DNA from: Klebsormidium nitens
Lineage: Eukaryota > Plantae > Klebsormidiophyceae
Assembly (NCBI GenBank): GCA_000708835.1
Contig: DF237742.1
Coordinates: 1-32,510 of the forward strand
Direction: 5' to 3'
Length of the DNA: 32,510 nt
Position numbers and translations under genes: made by a program. The notes under the pieces are model-generated. The model was not told where the DNA came from. It saw only the letters and a program-made list of their open reading frames with translations, and searched no databases. Positions 11,917-23,015 of this stretch are shown one piece after another (positions within the stretch are counted from its first letter, which is position 1; each line of letters opens with the position of its first letter).

Positions 11917-14879
11917 TCAATCGACGGAATTATGCGGGCTCGTCTCTGCCAGAAAGATGAATCGCACCCCGGACATTCTGTTCGTTCGTACCAGAAGAGA
12001 GTCCTGTTCCACACCAGTAGAGCCATGCGCTGGCAGCCACAACGCGTGTCCTTCGTTCTGATACGAAGCCGAAGCGAAGCCAGCCGTTTCTCCGCCAAAG
12101 AGCCCAACTCCCTGCAAAGCGAATAACGTTAAACGTCGACTAAATGTAATACAGACCGGAAACCCCATGGGCCGTCCTTTCGGTTTGAACAACTTTGATT
12201 TCAAAACTCTCATAAGCTGCAAGTCTGATGCGTTTCCATAAAATCGCGCGAGACAGCCTCCGCCCCTAGCGGTAAAACTTTTTTTCACCTCTACAAGTAT
12301 TCTTTTCGTTCAACAAACTTTGAAAGGAGGTCGAAGCTGAGGACAAGAATAGAGCAGCCATGACTTTCAAGCTCTTCGAGTCCTTCTGCTGTGGAGAGCA
12401 ATGGTACAGTCAGGAAAGACCCCATGGTGTTTGAGACATACATGGACTATCTCACGTTTCTGCAGCTTCGAGAGAAAGAGAGGCGCAAGACGTCCTGTGA
12501 GACGTTTGAAGGAGACTGTGCCGTAGCGATTGCGAGCTTAATTGAAGTCCCCAGCGCAACAAGTGCAAGACGCATTGCTTAAACAACCATTACGCGCAAC
12601 TTTAACTACCAGCCACTACTGACCGGTTTCCAGAGTTGGTTACCAGCTCGCGAGACCAAGCCATATCCAAAACAGAGAAGACAAATTCTTCTCAATGACT
12701 TAGTCTGCCGACCGGTGCTTTGGAGATAGTGACTCGAGAAACGGCAGATTCGGCAGCGGCACTCGCGGTCGAGTTTCAGCAGAAGCTCTTGGATAGAGGT
12801 GACGTCAGCATGGTCTGAAGTGCTCTACACATCGCTGACTGAGCGACGTCTTGTTGCACCCAGTGACTCTTTGTGGATTAGTGTCAAGGGTTTGAACTCT
12901 GGAGCCTTACTTCGAGGATGTACACTAGCGCGCCGGCTTTGGAGTGGAGCGGGATCTCCAGCCGGCAGTCGGGCCCCATCGAAACGTCAAGCAATTGCTG
13001 CGAAAAGGAGGACATAGGTTGCTGATTACAAAACAACGATCAAGGACTGACGAAAATCAGCTGCCGGCAGGAGATGCTTGCAAATCGGGCATCTAAATGG
13101 ACTTTTGAAGGGGTGTCTCATTTTCCCTCTATCCGTTCCTTGTTGTCTGCAGGTTGAACAAAGTTCCCAAAGACTGCGTGATTAGCTTTTCCCAACTGTT
13201 CCTCTGCTGACTTTCGCGGTTGATGGCATGGTTGCAAATCCGCATCACGGCATGAAAGCGCGTTCAATGACAGCAGCCACTCCCACCAAGGATTGGACTG
13301 CCGGTCTGCTGTTGACACGAGCACGTTGGTCATCTGCGCACATTTTAGTGATACGATTCCCTCAGGAATCGGTTGCGGTTTCTTACAAGTTGCGGTTCGT
13401 TAAGTAATTCGGGCACTCAGAAGGACGACCCGAATCCACCCACATTCCTCATGGTAAGAGACAACCTAACTGTAACCGCTACAAGGACACGCATTAAAGC
13501 TGTTATTCCAGCGCAAGTACTAATAACTCCTTTGCCACTGCCTTACATTGGCTTCTGAGTTCAAGAGACTTCGTTTTCAAAACTCGGAGAACAAGTCCTG
13601 AAAGACGGAGAGACTCACGAATCCATCTAAAGGGGGTCCCGACCACACTCCCCCATACCCCCCCGCGACCACCTTCACTTGCCCACCCCCCGCTCCTGCT
13701 TCCGCCACAAACTCGGCCTCCCGTCCGTGGTTCACAATTGGCCAGTGCAACTCCGATCCTCCATCTTCTCCGTCTCCCACTGCTTTTTCCACTACTGGCT
13801 GCAACGCTGAGCGCAGAAATAGCTGCAACCCGTGCCGAGGTTGGTCTATTTCGTCAGAGGTCTCGGGGGCGATTGAGCGATCTGACGTTTCTGGGGGGGG
13901 TGGGAGGTCGTCGGCAGGATGGTTGCTGTGAGAAGGCTCTGGTTGGGGGGGCTCCAAGAAGTAGACGAGGGACTCGAGCAGGGGGGGGGTGTAAGGGGAC
14001 GAGAGTGCGGGGCTGGGCGCGAGGAAGAACTCGTCAAGGCTTAGGAAAGGCCCAAATCCTGCATTGGTGAGGGAAAAACTCGGCGAGGATCACGGGATGT
14101 ATCTGAACGTTAAAAGCTGCCAAAAGTTCTACGTACTTGAGTTGAGCGATTTGCGCTGGCGCGGGCCAATCTGGCTTTGGCTGATCAGTTCGAACAAGAG
14201 AGGTTCGAAGAACTTTCTTTCCAGAGGTCACATGGCCATCTCCTGCTTGTACAAATAGTGGTGGAAAGCAAGCACCTATTGGCAGGCCAATCCGTCTTCT
14301 TGGGCAACATTGTCCAACAAAGTTTCACAACCAAGAATCAGAACCATTTACGTGTTGCGTCAAAATACTAACCGTTTCAAACTCCGTGAAAAAACATGGT
14401 GGTTGCATCAGTGAGGGCGTTCACATGAAGAGCTTCTATTGACGCCCAAATTCACACCGAAAAGGGTATGCCTCACCTTGGGGAAGATCTGTCCCAGGGC
14501 CTATTATGCGAACGGCCCCCTCGTCCCCGATCCTCGCAGCTGTCAGAACTCTCTCAACTTGCCGCTGGCTATTTACGGTCATCTGTTCCCCCCTGCCCGC
14601 GTCTCCAACGGCAGATGCTGCGCATGCTTGTTGCAACCTCCCCCTCCCTGGTGTCTTACTCAGACAAGGGCTCAGGAAATCAGGAGACTGCAAAGTGGAG
14701 CCTACTAAATTTTGTGCTCGAGAAAGCTGCCGAGCACATTGATGGCAGATGGCATTACTGGAACGCCTCAGCAGTGGGGTCACTGACTTCGCAGAAGCGC
14801 AATTGGTCGGGACTCTTTGTGAGGGGGCGAAGGCCTGAAGGGAGCAGCCTACGCGAGCAGAGAGCGCTGCAGCAGTCAT
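11917..14879 (-). CDS. Pirin-like (bicupin) protein with predicted plastid transit peptide, 4 exons, 374 aa; metal-binding motifs degenerate
   Basis: Exons 14879-14477, 14058-13619, 12997-12911, 12111-11917; GT-AG and phase-consistent (1125 nt). Pirin-like segments occur in the expected order: RQVERVLTAARIGDEGAVRIIG, GPFLSLDEF, ESLVYFLE, HGLQLF, VKVVAGGYGGV, LLDVSMGPDCRLEIP, LVYILEGVGLFG, VRFIFLA. Long A/S/R/C-rich N-terminus. Confidence 0.8.
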
Positions 14880-15112
14880 TTTGCCAATAGGAGACTGTAA
14901 GTGAGCACTGCTAGTAAACCCGTCAAACAGAACTGGTCCACCAGGAACCCAACCTGGAAGCGCAGATTGCAGTTGAAGCAGTGCCGGCAAACCGCTTTCT
15001 CACCCCCTGGTTCTCCTGCCGGTGGCGGAACTGATATCCAGCAAGTAACTGCACAGCTTGGGGCGTTCAAAGGAGGAGCCTGCCAATGTCCAGAAGACTT
15101 TCTAATCCAAAA

Positions 15113-15148
15113 TCAAGTTCAAGTTCAACTTCAACTTGAAGTTCAAGG
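15113..15148 (+). repeat. Hexamer tandem repeat, 6 copies (TCAAGT/TCAACT), in the spacer between the divergent pirin-like and MEA1-like genes
   Basis: tcaagt tcaagt tcaact tcaact tgaagt tcaagg, read directly. Confidence 0.7.
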
Positions 15149-15540
15149 ACAATTCTTCGCCAGGAAAGAATTGTGCCCCAGTCCCTCCCCTCAACCATTT
15201 GAGCACTGGTGAGAATAGGCGCGGGCTCACGAGGGCATCGGAAACGGCACGTGTCTGGTTGAGAGAAGTAGCGAAGATTATCATACGACCAACGTACCGT
15301 TCGTAAAAGCGTCGTTTTGGTGCTTTTCACACCTCTTGCGAACAAGAAGTGCTGGCTTCAAGTTCCAGGCACCTCGTGGTGAGCTTCGGAGTTTAAAGTT
15401 TGTTCTGTACACTCAAGAAATTTGTGAAGCTAGCAAAGCAGCTCGAAGGAGGTCGATTGGCGGGCCTAGTACCACGCCCTCTGTGTTTGATCCTGTTGAG
15501 GGATTGACAGATTTTGGAAGTAGGGGCCTCTCACAGAAGC

Positions 15541-17062
15541 ATGGCAGCAAATGGCGGGGCTGAGGACATGGAGAAGGTTGACACTGGACCCCATGGTAAG
15601 CTGCCGTCGCCTCTCTTCGTGATTGCAAAGGACCTGCTATGGTGACCGAATCAAAGCCTCCTATGAGAAGCGAACCTAGTGTTGGCAAGAGAAGCTGGCG
15701 CCTGATATTTAAGTTTCAATGTATCCGTTCTGGTGGTTTTCTTGAGATGAAATGCCAAAGCTTGCTTTTAGAATGATGTGTAGGCGTGCAAGGCAGGGGG
15801 GTCACCGATCGCATTCCTTCAACTGAGTTCTCATGAATCAGCTCAGAAAGGGAATAACCAAAGAGTGGGCCTGCAATTTAGTGTCCAGTACCTTTTGGGC
15901 TTTAGCTGCCCTTAGACATTTATTGTAAGGAGCCAAGAGTCAGTTGGAAGTTCAGTGGTCCTTGGTGCTCTCAGGGATTAGCATCTAGTTCCTTGTTTGA
16001 GCAGAAACGTCATGGTTTTTCAAAGGGCTGTTTCCACTTTGTATGTATGCAAAGCTGGGGAGAGAAGGAAATAGGAAGGGAAGGGGATGCAGAGAGCAGA
16101 TTAAGAAGAAACGTTTCATTTCAACATACAGGCTTCCAGCAGCTTTGCATCTTCACTTCAGGGTCTACCGACTTTTGATGAGTGGGCTGCATACATAGAG
16201 GCCTTACTAGTTGCCTCCAGACAGAAGAAGTCTTAGCGTGTTTGCTTTGCAACACATCGTGGTTCTACTTCGTTAATCTCTACTTTGCCAACCTCGGCAA
16301 TCCGTTGATGGCTTGCGGACCTGCCCAGCCTCTGGACTGTCAATCTTCCAACACTGTCAACTGCAACATCTGAAAGGCACGTTGAGCAGCAAGTGTCTCT
16401 TTCCTAATGCAAGCTGTCTCCCAATTACCTGCAAGCAAGCAGAATACAAGGACACCTACTGTCTTTTCAGGCCTGAGTTACTATAACCAGCCTTTGGTTG
16501 TTTGTGTGCAGATTCTCAAGAGGATGCCATCAGCGACTGGAGCTCAGAGGATGAGAGCCCCATCTCTCCTCTGCAGCCCCAAACAAACACCTTAGACAGC
16601 AATCAAGCATGGCAGCCGCTCGCCTCTGTCGGGGGCGAGGAAGCGGGGGGTGTGCAGAACGGTGGTGGCCGAGAGTTTGGTATCGCTGAGCTGAGCAACA
16701 TGACGGTGGAGGAGCTTGGCAGGCGGCTGGCAGCGGGAGACACTCTGGCCGTAAGTGGGGAGCAGTTGCTGAATTATCAGCCGGATGCAGGCGGTGCGAA
16801 TGGGCCCCAGGTCGGGGAAATGACGCCGGACGAGGAGGAAGAAGAGGAAAGAAGGATAGCACAGCAGGAGGCGGCAATTGCGGAAGCGAACGCAAGGGAG
16901 GAAGAGCGGAGGCGAGCGCCGTTGCCAGAGGAGAAAAAGGAGGCGATTGTGAGCGCAATGAAAGGTTTTACGTTGAAGGGGTACAAGCCGCAGTGGGCGG
17001 CGCAAGTTCCGGACGATGAGCTCGTTGCAAAAGTGAAACGGAGAAGCGGCATGGAGAGTTGA
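15541..17062 (+). CDS. MEA1 (male-enhanced antigen 1)-like small acidic protein, 2 exons, 201 aa
   Basis: Exon 15541-15595 (MAANGGAEDMEKVDTGPH, phase-1 GTAAGC donor) joins exon 16512-17062 (TGTGCAG acceptor) in frame. C-terminal LPEEKKEAIVSAMKGFTLKGYKPQWAAQVPDDEL resembles the conserved MEA1 block, preceded by an acidic low-complexity region. Confidence 0.7.
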
Positions 17063-18241
17063 GTGGCTGGCCTGCTGTGAGGCGTTGTTTGATATGCTAT
17101 CTTAAAACTTTTCTGAGAAGGTAAAAGCAGGTACACCGACAAATCTGTTTACATTCGTCACGTATGGCAACTATTCTCAGGGCTCCGCATCAAATGAGGT
17201 CATGTTTGTGACCTAGCTAAAGTGAAGCTGAGTGGTTTTGGAGGGTGTAACGGTTTTGCGCATCCTGACATTTACAGGCTTCTTGTATATTGTAGTGTGA
17301 CAAGTTTGTGCCATACTTAAAACGATCCCGGATTAGTTAGGGGGGCCTTAGGGCTATGAGCTCAAGTGGATGATAGGCAGCTGCGCGTGAAAGTTACTAA
17401 TCACACCTCATCCGGGGTGGATTATTGCACAGCAAGTCAAGTGAGCAGCAGCTGTAGGCCCAGCTTGTGGTCATGCAGACAAACTGTACGACACGAAAGA
17501 AGCAGACATATCTTCCAACACCCAATGATCATGGGCCTCTCATAATATTGAGGTGGGTGCGCAAAGTAGGCATGCTTTAGGTAAACGATTCTTTGGCTGC
17601 CATCATGGTGTGTATGTACGCATGACACATCTCTCAGATTTGCACGTGATCTGCTGATCGAAATTGACATCATTCACAAAGCAGGGCATGTAGGCAACAG
17701 TAAACCTTGATTTCTGTCAGCATTGGGCAAGGGGCCGTCAAATCATGTACACATGCATCCGATACGACCAGACCATATTCAGCACATGCGCTGGATGGTT
17801 TGCGTTTCTGAATGTAGCACAGTCCAGGCTGCCCAGCATGTCACACGAAATAGCTGAGCACTTGGTCCGAGGATCATTCGCCCAGCTCAACCCTTGAAAT
17901 GTAATTTGATAATATGGATCTAGCTACTTTTCCCCGCAAAGCTGACAATATAATGATACACTGCTTTCAACTAGATGACTAGGCACCTGTTCTATAGGCA
18001 ACTGGTGTTTGAAGATGACTCAGTTCAAGCTATTAGCCTAATAGGCCCAATTGCTTGACAACTATGCAGCTACCTCACATTCATGTCCATCCAATGATTG
18101 TTACAATACTTGTAGTACTAAACAAAACATAAGGGCTGTTAAAACTCCAGCCTGTAATTACTAATTAAGAACCCCACACGCACAAGGAAGGATTGATTGC
18201 CAAAAGCATGATCGAAGGAAACAAACTCTTTCAGCTCACAA

Positions 18242-19060
18242 TCACTTTCCTGGATCTGTAGTTACTCCTTGAACAATCACGTTTGCTGTAATCTGTCCCC
18301 TATCCCACTGCTCATTGCCTGAGGTAAAATCAGACCTCACTATCTTCGCGCGTTCAATCAGAGAATCGTCAGTATCAAGGCGGACATAGACACCCTCAAG
18401 CAAACCATCATAGTAGCTAGACTTTCTATCAATCATCTGAAGAAGCTCCTTTCTTCCAAAGCTGTCACCTTCAGCAATTACTGGAACGCTGTGTATGTTT
18501 GTACCTTGCAACAACTTTTGGAGCCTGCTGAAGCTGTAGAAACGCATAGCCGCGACGTCCAGGATGTCAAAAGCCAAAAACGTGTCAGGCAAACGTGTGT
18601 AATGTATGGAATGTTTTGCAGCCAACCACTCACCATACATGATGAGCTGGGCCCCAGGCAGACTTCCGTAAGCTGTCAAAATGTTTCAAAGACTTTCCTT
18701 GTGGGAGTCTAGCCAAAACCACAGCTTAGAGTACTGCGGATGCGACCTGGCAGTCACGTAGCCAGACCTGTTTTGTGCTTTCAGCTCAAATGTGTCTGGA
18801 TCAACGGAAAGTCCCATATTGCTGCCATCTATCTTTTCTTGCACAATCAACCTGTGTCCTGGTTTGGGGCTTAGAAAGGTGGTTGCTTCGCGATCTGAAA
18901 AGACTCGATCATCTTTGGTAGCCCCTCCCAGGTTGAAAAGATGCTGAGTGCGAGGAAACTTGTAAAAGTTGTGCAGAACAGTGCTGCGACAACTTACAGG
19001 AGCTTTCAGAGCAGGCGAAAAGAAAGTGTCGCTGCGCAGGCAAGGCAGAACAGCCGCCAT
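18242..19060 (-). pseudogene. ATP-dependent RNA ligase (RNA_ligase/Rnl2-like family), intronless, interrupted by one in-frame TGA at 18688-18686
   Basis: ORFs 18686-19165 and 18242-18679 are in the same frame, joined as HKESL*NILTAYG. Motifs: YKFPRTQHL...KDD, I QEKIDGSN, QNRS, III MYGEW, IIIa FLAFDI, IV LEGVYVR, V RAKIVR. Start is either 19060 (MAAVLP) or 19165. Confidence 0.8.
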
Positions 19061-19321
19061 GCCAAGCGTGTTGCAAACGAAAAGGAGGTCCGCAAAAAGC
19101 AGGCCGCCAGCGGGGGCCCTTGCAAGTTGCAATGGCTGAACAAACTCAAGCTGTGCAACCATCATGCAAGCTGAACTAGAGCGGAATGATTCCCCACCTC
19201 CGATTGACCCGGTGAGATCATTACCATATACGATTCAATGAATCGTAGGCTTCTGAGTCTCAGTATTTTCCGATCGGAGCCCTGTTGTGACTCTGGAGAA
19301 AACCATTACCATTAATATCAT

Positions 19322-19750
19322 ATGACGGTAACAAATACGTTCAAGTTCGTGACAATCAGTGTTCAAGACCCGTTAGCAGCAGGGTTCAAGACCATGTTGA
19401 AAGCGGTGGAAAGCCTGTATTGGGAGCAAAATGCCGTTCAGCCTCTCACCAGGGTCGCAAGCCTGAGGAGCTTCTGGGTTCGCCACCTGCATTCTTCCAA
19501 TGTGCTTCAAGTTGAAGCGCGGAAGAAGGTCACAAGAGGAAGGACTAGGGAGATAGAAGATGATGACATAAGTGACTTTGCCAATTTGAAGATGTTGAGA
19601 ATAGAAGACCTGACCTTCGAGCAGATTAAAAACGGGGATGCAGGCCCGTTTCAGGCAGAATTCGAGAGAATGGTTCAGGAGAACGAAGCTGACATCCGCA
19701 AGCGTTGCAAAAAGGAAGGGCGTTCCCACCAGAAAAGCTTAACAGAGTAG
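19322..19750 (+). CDS. Hypothetical protein, 142-aa ORF; possibly has an upstream exon at 19164-19211
   Basis: Open frame with protein-like, charged helical composition (EDLTFEQIKNGDAGPFQAEFERMVQENEADIRKRCKK). A candidate exon MQAELERNDSPPPIDP ends in a GTGAGA donor at 19212, but there is no strong in-phase acceptor. No family recognised. Confidence 0.4.
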   Translation: MTVTNTFKFVTISVQDPLAAGFKTMLKAVESLYWEQNAVQPLTRVASLRSFWVRHLHSSNVLQVEARKKVTRGRTREIEDDDISDFANLKMLRIEDLTFEQIKNGDAGPFQAEFERMVQENEADIRKRCKKEGRSHQKSLTE

Positions 19751-20010
19751 GTGAAGTTTGATTCCGCGCTTGCTTAGAAACCGAAGACTGGCAGTCGTCA
19801 AAAGAGATTGCTCTATGCACTAGGTGGCATTAGGTGGCGCTCAAAGGAGGTTGCTCTCAGCTGCGGAAGGTGCCGCAGTTGAAGTGGGGAGAGGCTCTCG
19901 CTATGCTAGTCACAATCGAGTAAGTCCGAGTCAGAGTCTGAGTTACCCCTTATCCACCCCCTATTGAAGTCCTGTTTGATTGACATTCTCAGCATTCAAG
20001 GATTCTCGTC

Positions 20011-21693
20011 ATGGATTGCGCCAGGCGCGCCGCTGGCATTGCCCGCTCCTTCCCTGGGTGGCTTCAAGACCGCAGCCTTGCTGCGGTAGCCTGGAGGCAG
20101 ACCTCTGCGGAGCAACCTGTCAATTCGTGCAACGAACTAGACCAGGGAGAGAATCTTTGCCACCACCGTGAAGATGAGAGTGGCGCCGTGGAACAAGACA
20201 CTGTAAGCAGCCGCCAAGAATTGCGGGGGAGGTGGAGGAGCTCTCTTGGTTTTCACGCTTGGCTTGGAGCCGAACATCGCAGTCATCAACAACAGCGGTC
20301 CTCTTTCCCTTCCTTGGGAGGATCTGGCAGCAGCTTAGGGGGTTTACGATTGTGCGAGCACAGCTTGTCGAGGCGGCACAGTATACCTCTGAGTCATAGC
20401 CGATCATGGTGGTATAGCTTATGGTCTATGCACTCTGGGGACTTGGCGGGGCAGAGCAATCAGCGGTGCTGGGCGCTGGAAAGAGTGGCGCTCGCGCATA
20501 CGAAAGCTGGAGCGGGGCCCGCAGCTGAGATAGCCAGTGATCCTGACAAGGTGAGCTTGCAACTTTGGTCTCTCAACGTTCTTAAAAGGATTCAGTTGGC
20601 AACTTTCGTCTGTAGCTGGTAAACTGAATTGGTATTCAAACAGAGTCGCTTCGCCGGGGCCTCTTGCCGATCAGGCTCCGTTCGCTGATATCGCACAGGA
20701 TATGAAAGTAGGAGACAGTCATGAAAGGTTTCATGCGGACTCTGGCTCAAGTTTCAGGCGGTGAGAGGGTCCTCAATTGGGCCTTAAATTTGACCAACTT
20801 TTAAGCATCCCAAGGGGGAGGTCGAACCTGGCTGTTTGCCAACGGGATAGTCGCCTTTCCCACACAAAGCCTGTTCGTAGCTTTAATTGACCCCTCTCGT
20901 ATTTTTCATCCTGCAGCGCCCTCTGGAGGAGTATCAGCTCCCAAAGCGTCAGGCCCTCGACATGCGCACCGTCCCCTCCACCAAAGTCTGCACCGTCTGC
21001 GAAATCGAGCTCCCCGCCGCCGACTTTGCCTGGCGCACGGCCTCCCCCGACGGCCTCGAGTTCCGCTGCCGCGCCTGCTACGCCGTGCAGAGCTACGCGG
21101 CGCGCGGGCGCATATTCCCAGGCCTCCGAGTCTCCGAGAAGCGGTGCGTCAAGTGCGGTCAAGTGCGGCCCGGGACGTTCTTCGCGGCGGCGCGCGCGAC
21201 CTCCGACGGGCTGCAGCCGCGCTGCCGCACGTGCGCGGCGAAGAACAGCGCGAGACGGCTGGCGCGGCTCGCGGGCGAACGGGCGGAGAGCGCGCGGTTC
21301 GAAGCCCCGCCCGCGACGACGATCTGCTCGAAGTGCGCCCAAGAGCTGCCCACCGAGGTGTTTCATCGGGACATCTACTCGTCCACTGGGCGCGCGCCGA
21401 CATGCCCCGCGTGCAACTATGTTCGAGTGACCGAGCGGCGGAAAGCGGTCGGGCGGCCATCCGAACCGCTCGTTGCGGAGAAGCGGTGCTCGGCGTGCCG
21501 CGACGTGAAACCCGCGGACGAGTTTTACTTCCACGCCTACTCGACGGATGGGCTGACGTACCAGTGCAGAGAGTGCTGGCAGGCACAAAAGAGACGGAAT
21601 AAGGAGCGTACGCTAGCGAGCCAGGGAGCAGAGGGAACGGACAATGAGCCGGGGGCTGGAGGAGCATTGGAAGGCACATCGCAGAGCATGTAG
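20011..21693 (+). CDS. Protein with four tandem CX2CX22CX2C (Stc1-like / HNH-associated type) zinc fingers and an organelle-targeting-like N-terminus, 2 exons, 438 aa
   Basis: Exon 20011-20550 (AAG|GTGAGC, phase 0) plus exon 20917-21693 (TTTTTCATCCTGCAG acceptor, phase 0). Four Cys4 repeats at 20989-21576 with shared P-x3-F and DG/TG-x4-C positions. Exon 1 is low-complexity and could hide another intron. Confidence 0.8.
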
Positions 21694-23015
21694 ATGTACG
21701 ATCCTATGCTTGTGTCCCGATTAAGAGCGATAGATGAAAGTCCGTGATTGGGTTATCGAATCCGAGGTAAATCAGGGACGCACGCCCTTGACAAATGCCT
21801 AATTATGTGTTACCGATCAAAGAGGCTGCCAATTCCTTTTGTTTGTGGTCAGATCGCTGGTAAGCTAGCTCTAGACGTAATCGAACGTGTGGCACGTGGT
21901 AATGATGAGAGTGGCGGCCGCCCCCCTAAAGATTAACATGCAGAGAAGCCCTTCAATGACTCCACAATTAGTCAGTGAGCCTCCACAAGCCGAGTCCTGC
22001 AGTGATAGCACTCTGTTTTTGCTTTAAGTAGCTGAGCTGCCAACTTGACAGAGTGTAACTCAATGAAGTCCGTTGATGATTATTGAGTTGACTGAAGGCG
22101 ATGATTTCTCCTAGCTCGTGCTATATTGCGCCAACAGGCTTGCCGCATAATGTCACGGGGCTTGTGATCGAGCCGAGCATGCTGATCCCCATGTAGTACT
22201 CAAAAGACCTTTGTGAGTCGAGGACTTCGATATGGAGCATGGAGTCGATCATCTGAACTTCCGAAGCTATCGATTATTGCTTAATTACCCAAGCCATTCA
22301 ACAATTGCATGGGAACATGGGGACAAACGTCTCTTGCATGCACGTGGGATGCGCACGCTGATCCTGCCAACGTGCAAGGCCCATCACCGTCTGCACGATG
22401 AGATGAGTCACCTGCACATCACCAGATATGCATGCGAGCTACGTTGAGAGCTGATGCTCCGGCCGGATCGACTCACGGCAGCTATACAGTGCATGCGCGT
22501 TTCTAAACGGCGGCTGGAGTTGATAACATGCAGTCTCTGAATAGCTTGCGTCAAACATGCAGTGCAAAATCTGAGTGAGGTGCAAGCAACCAATGAAGCC
22601 GTCTGTCAACGGAGTTGACCGACATGGCTATACGCCATATAACATGCTCCAGTCAATCAGTTTACTCATATAAATATTTGCCTGCCTGTACCTTCTTATC
22701 CTATTTCTATAACTAGGAATCAAGAATGCCAGACTCGCAACTTCTCAGGTGTCTCGCATTACGGAGCCGGAATCCCTGTGTCTACGCATGCAGTCCCTAG
22801 CCTTCGATCGTTTTCCTGAACGTATACCCCACCTTGCTACCGTCTCTACCGGGTCCGCAAAACTGTCTGTTAGTCGAGTCGGGCCAACGATTCCCGCAAG
22901 CGTGCCCCTTGGAGATTAGCCAAATAAGTTAACGGCCATGCCAGACACTGACGTGACAGCACGGCAACAGTGCAGATTAGTCCATCCTCATTTCCAAGTC
23001 CTCTTTGATCGCCTC

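Noticed and set aside
12391-12582. 63-aa plus-strand ORF antisense within pirin intron 3
   Set aside because: Short, GTG start, no supporting exon structure.
13118-13333. Candidate extra pirin exon after a GCGCAG acceptor in intron 2
   Set aside because: Translation has no pirin similarity and no donor before its stop; exon 2 joins exon 3 directly with good pirin continuity.
11498-17758. Perfect 15-bp inverted match (ATGCATGTGTACATG at 11498 and its complement at 17744) as terminal inverted repeats
   Set aside because: About one such match is expected by chance in 32 kb, it is low-complexity CATG sequence, and no target-site duplication or transposase is present.
18686-18688. Selenocysteine or programmed readthrough reading of the ligase UGA
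   Set aside because: The position is not a Cys/redox site, the 3' context is AAC rather than the leaky CUA type, and I could not identify a SECIS by eye.
18674-18694. 21-nt GT...AG segment (GTCTTTGAAACATTTTGACAG, minus strand) whose removal would delete the ligase stop in frame
   Set aside because: Far shorter than any intron used in this window (all over 150 nt), a poor donor, and removal would delete residues that fit the expected spacing before motif III. Only RNA-seq could revive it.
20773-21679. Several long overlapping ORFs across the zinc-finger exon
   Set aside because: Arg/Ala/Pro-rich alternative frames produced by very high GC; only the frame ending at 21693 has structured motifs.
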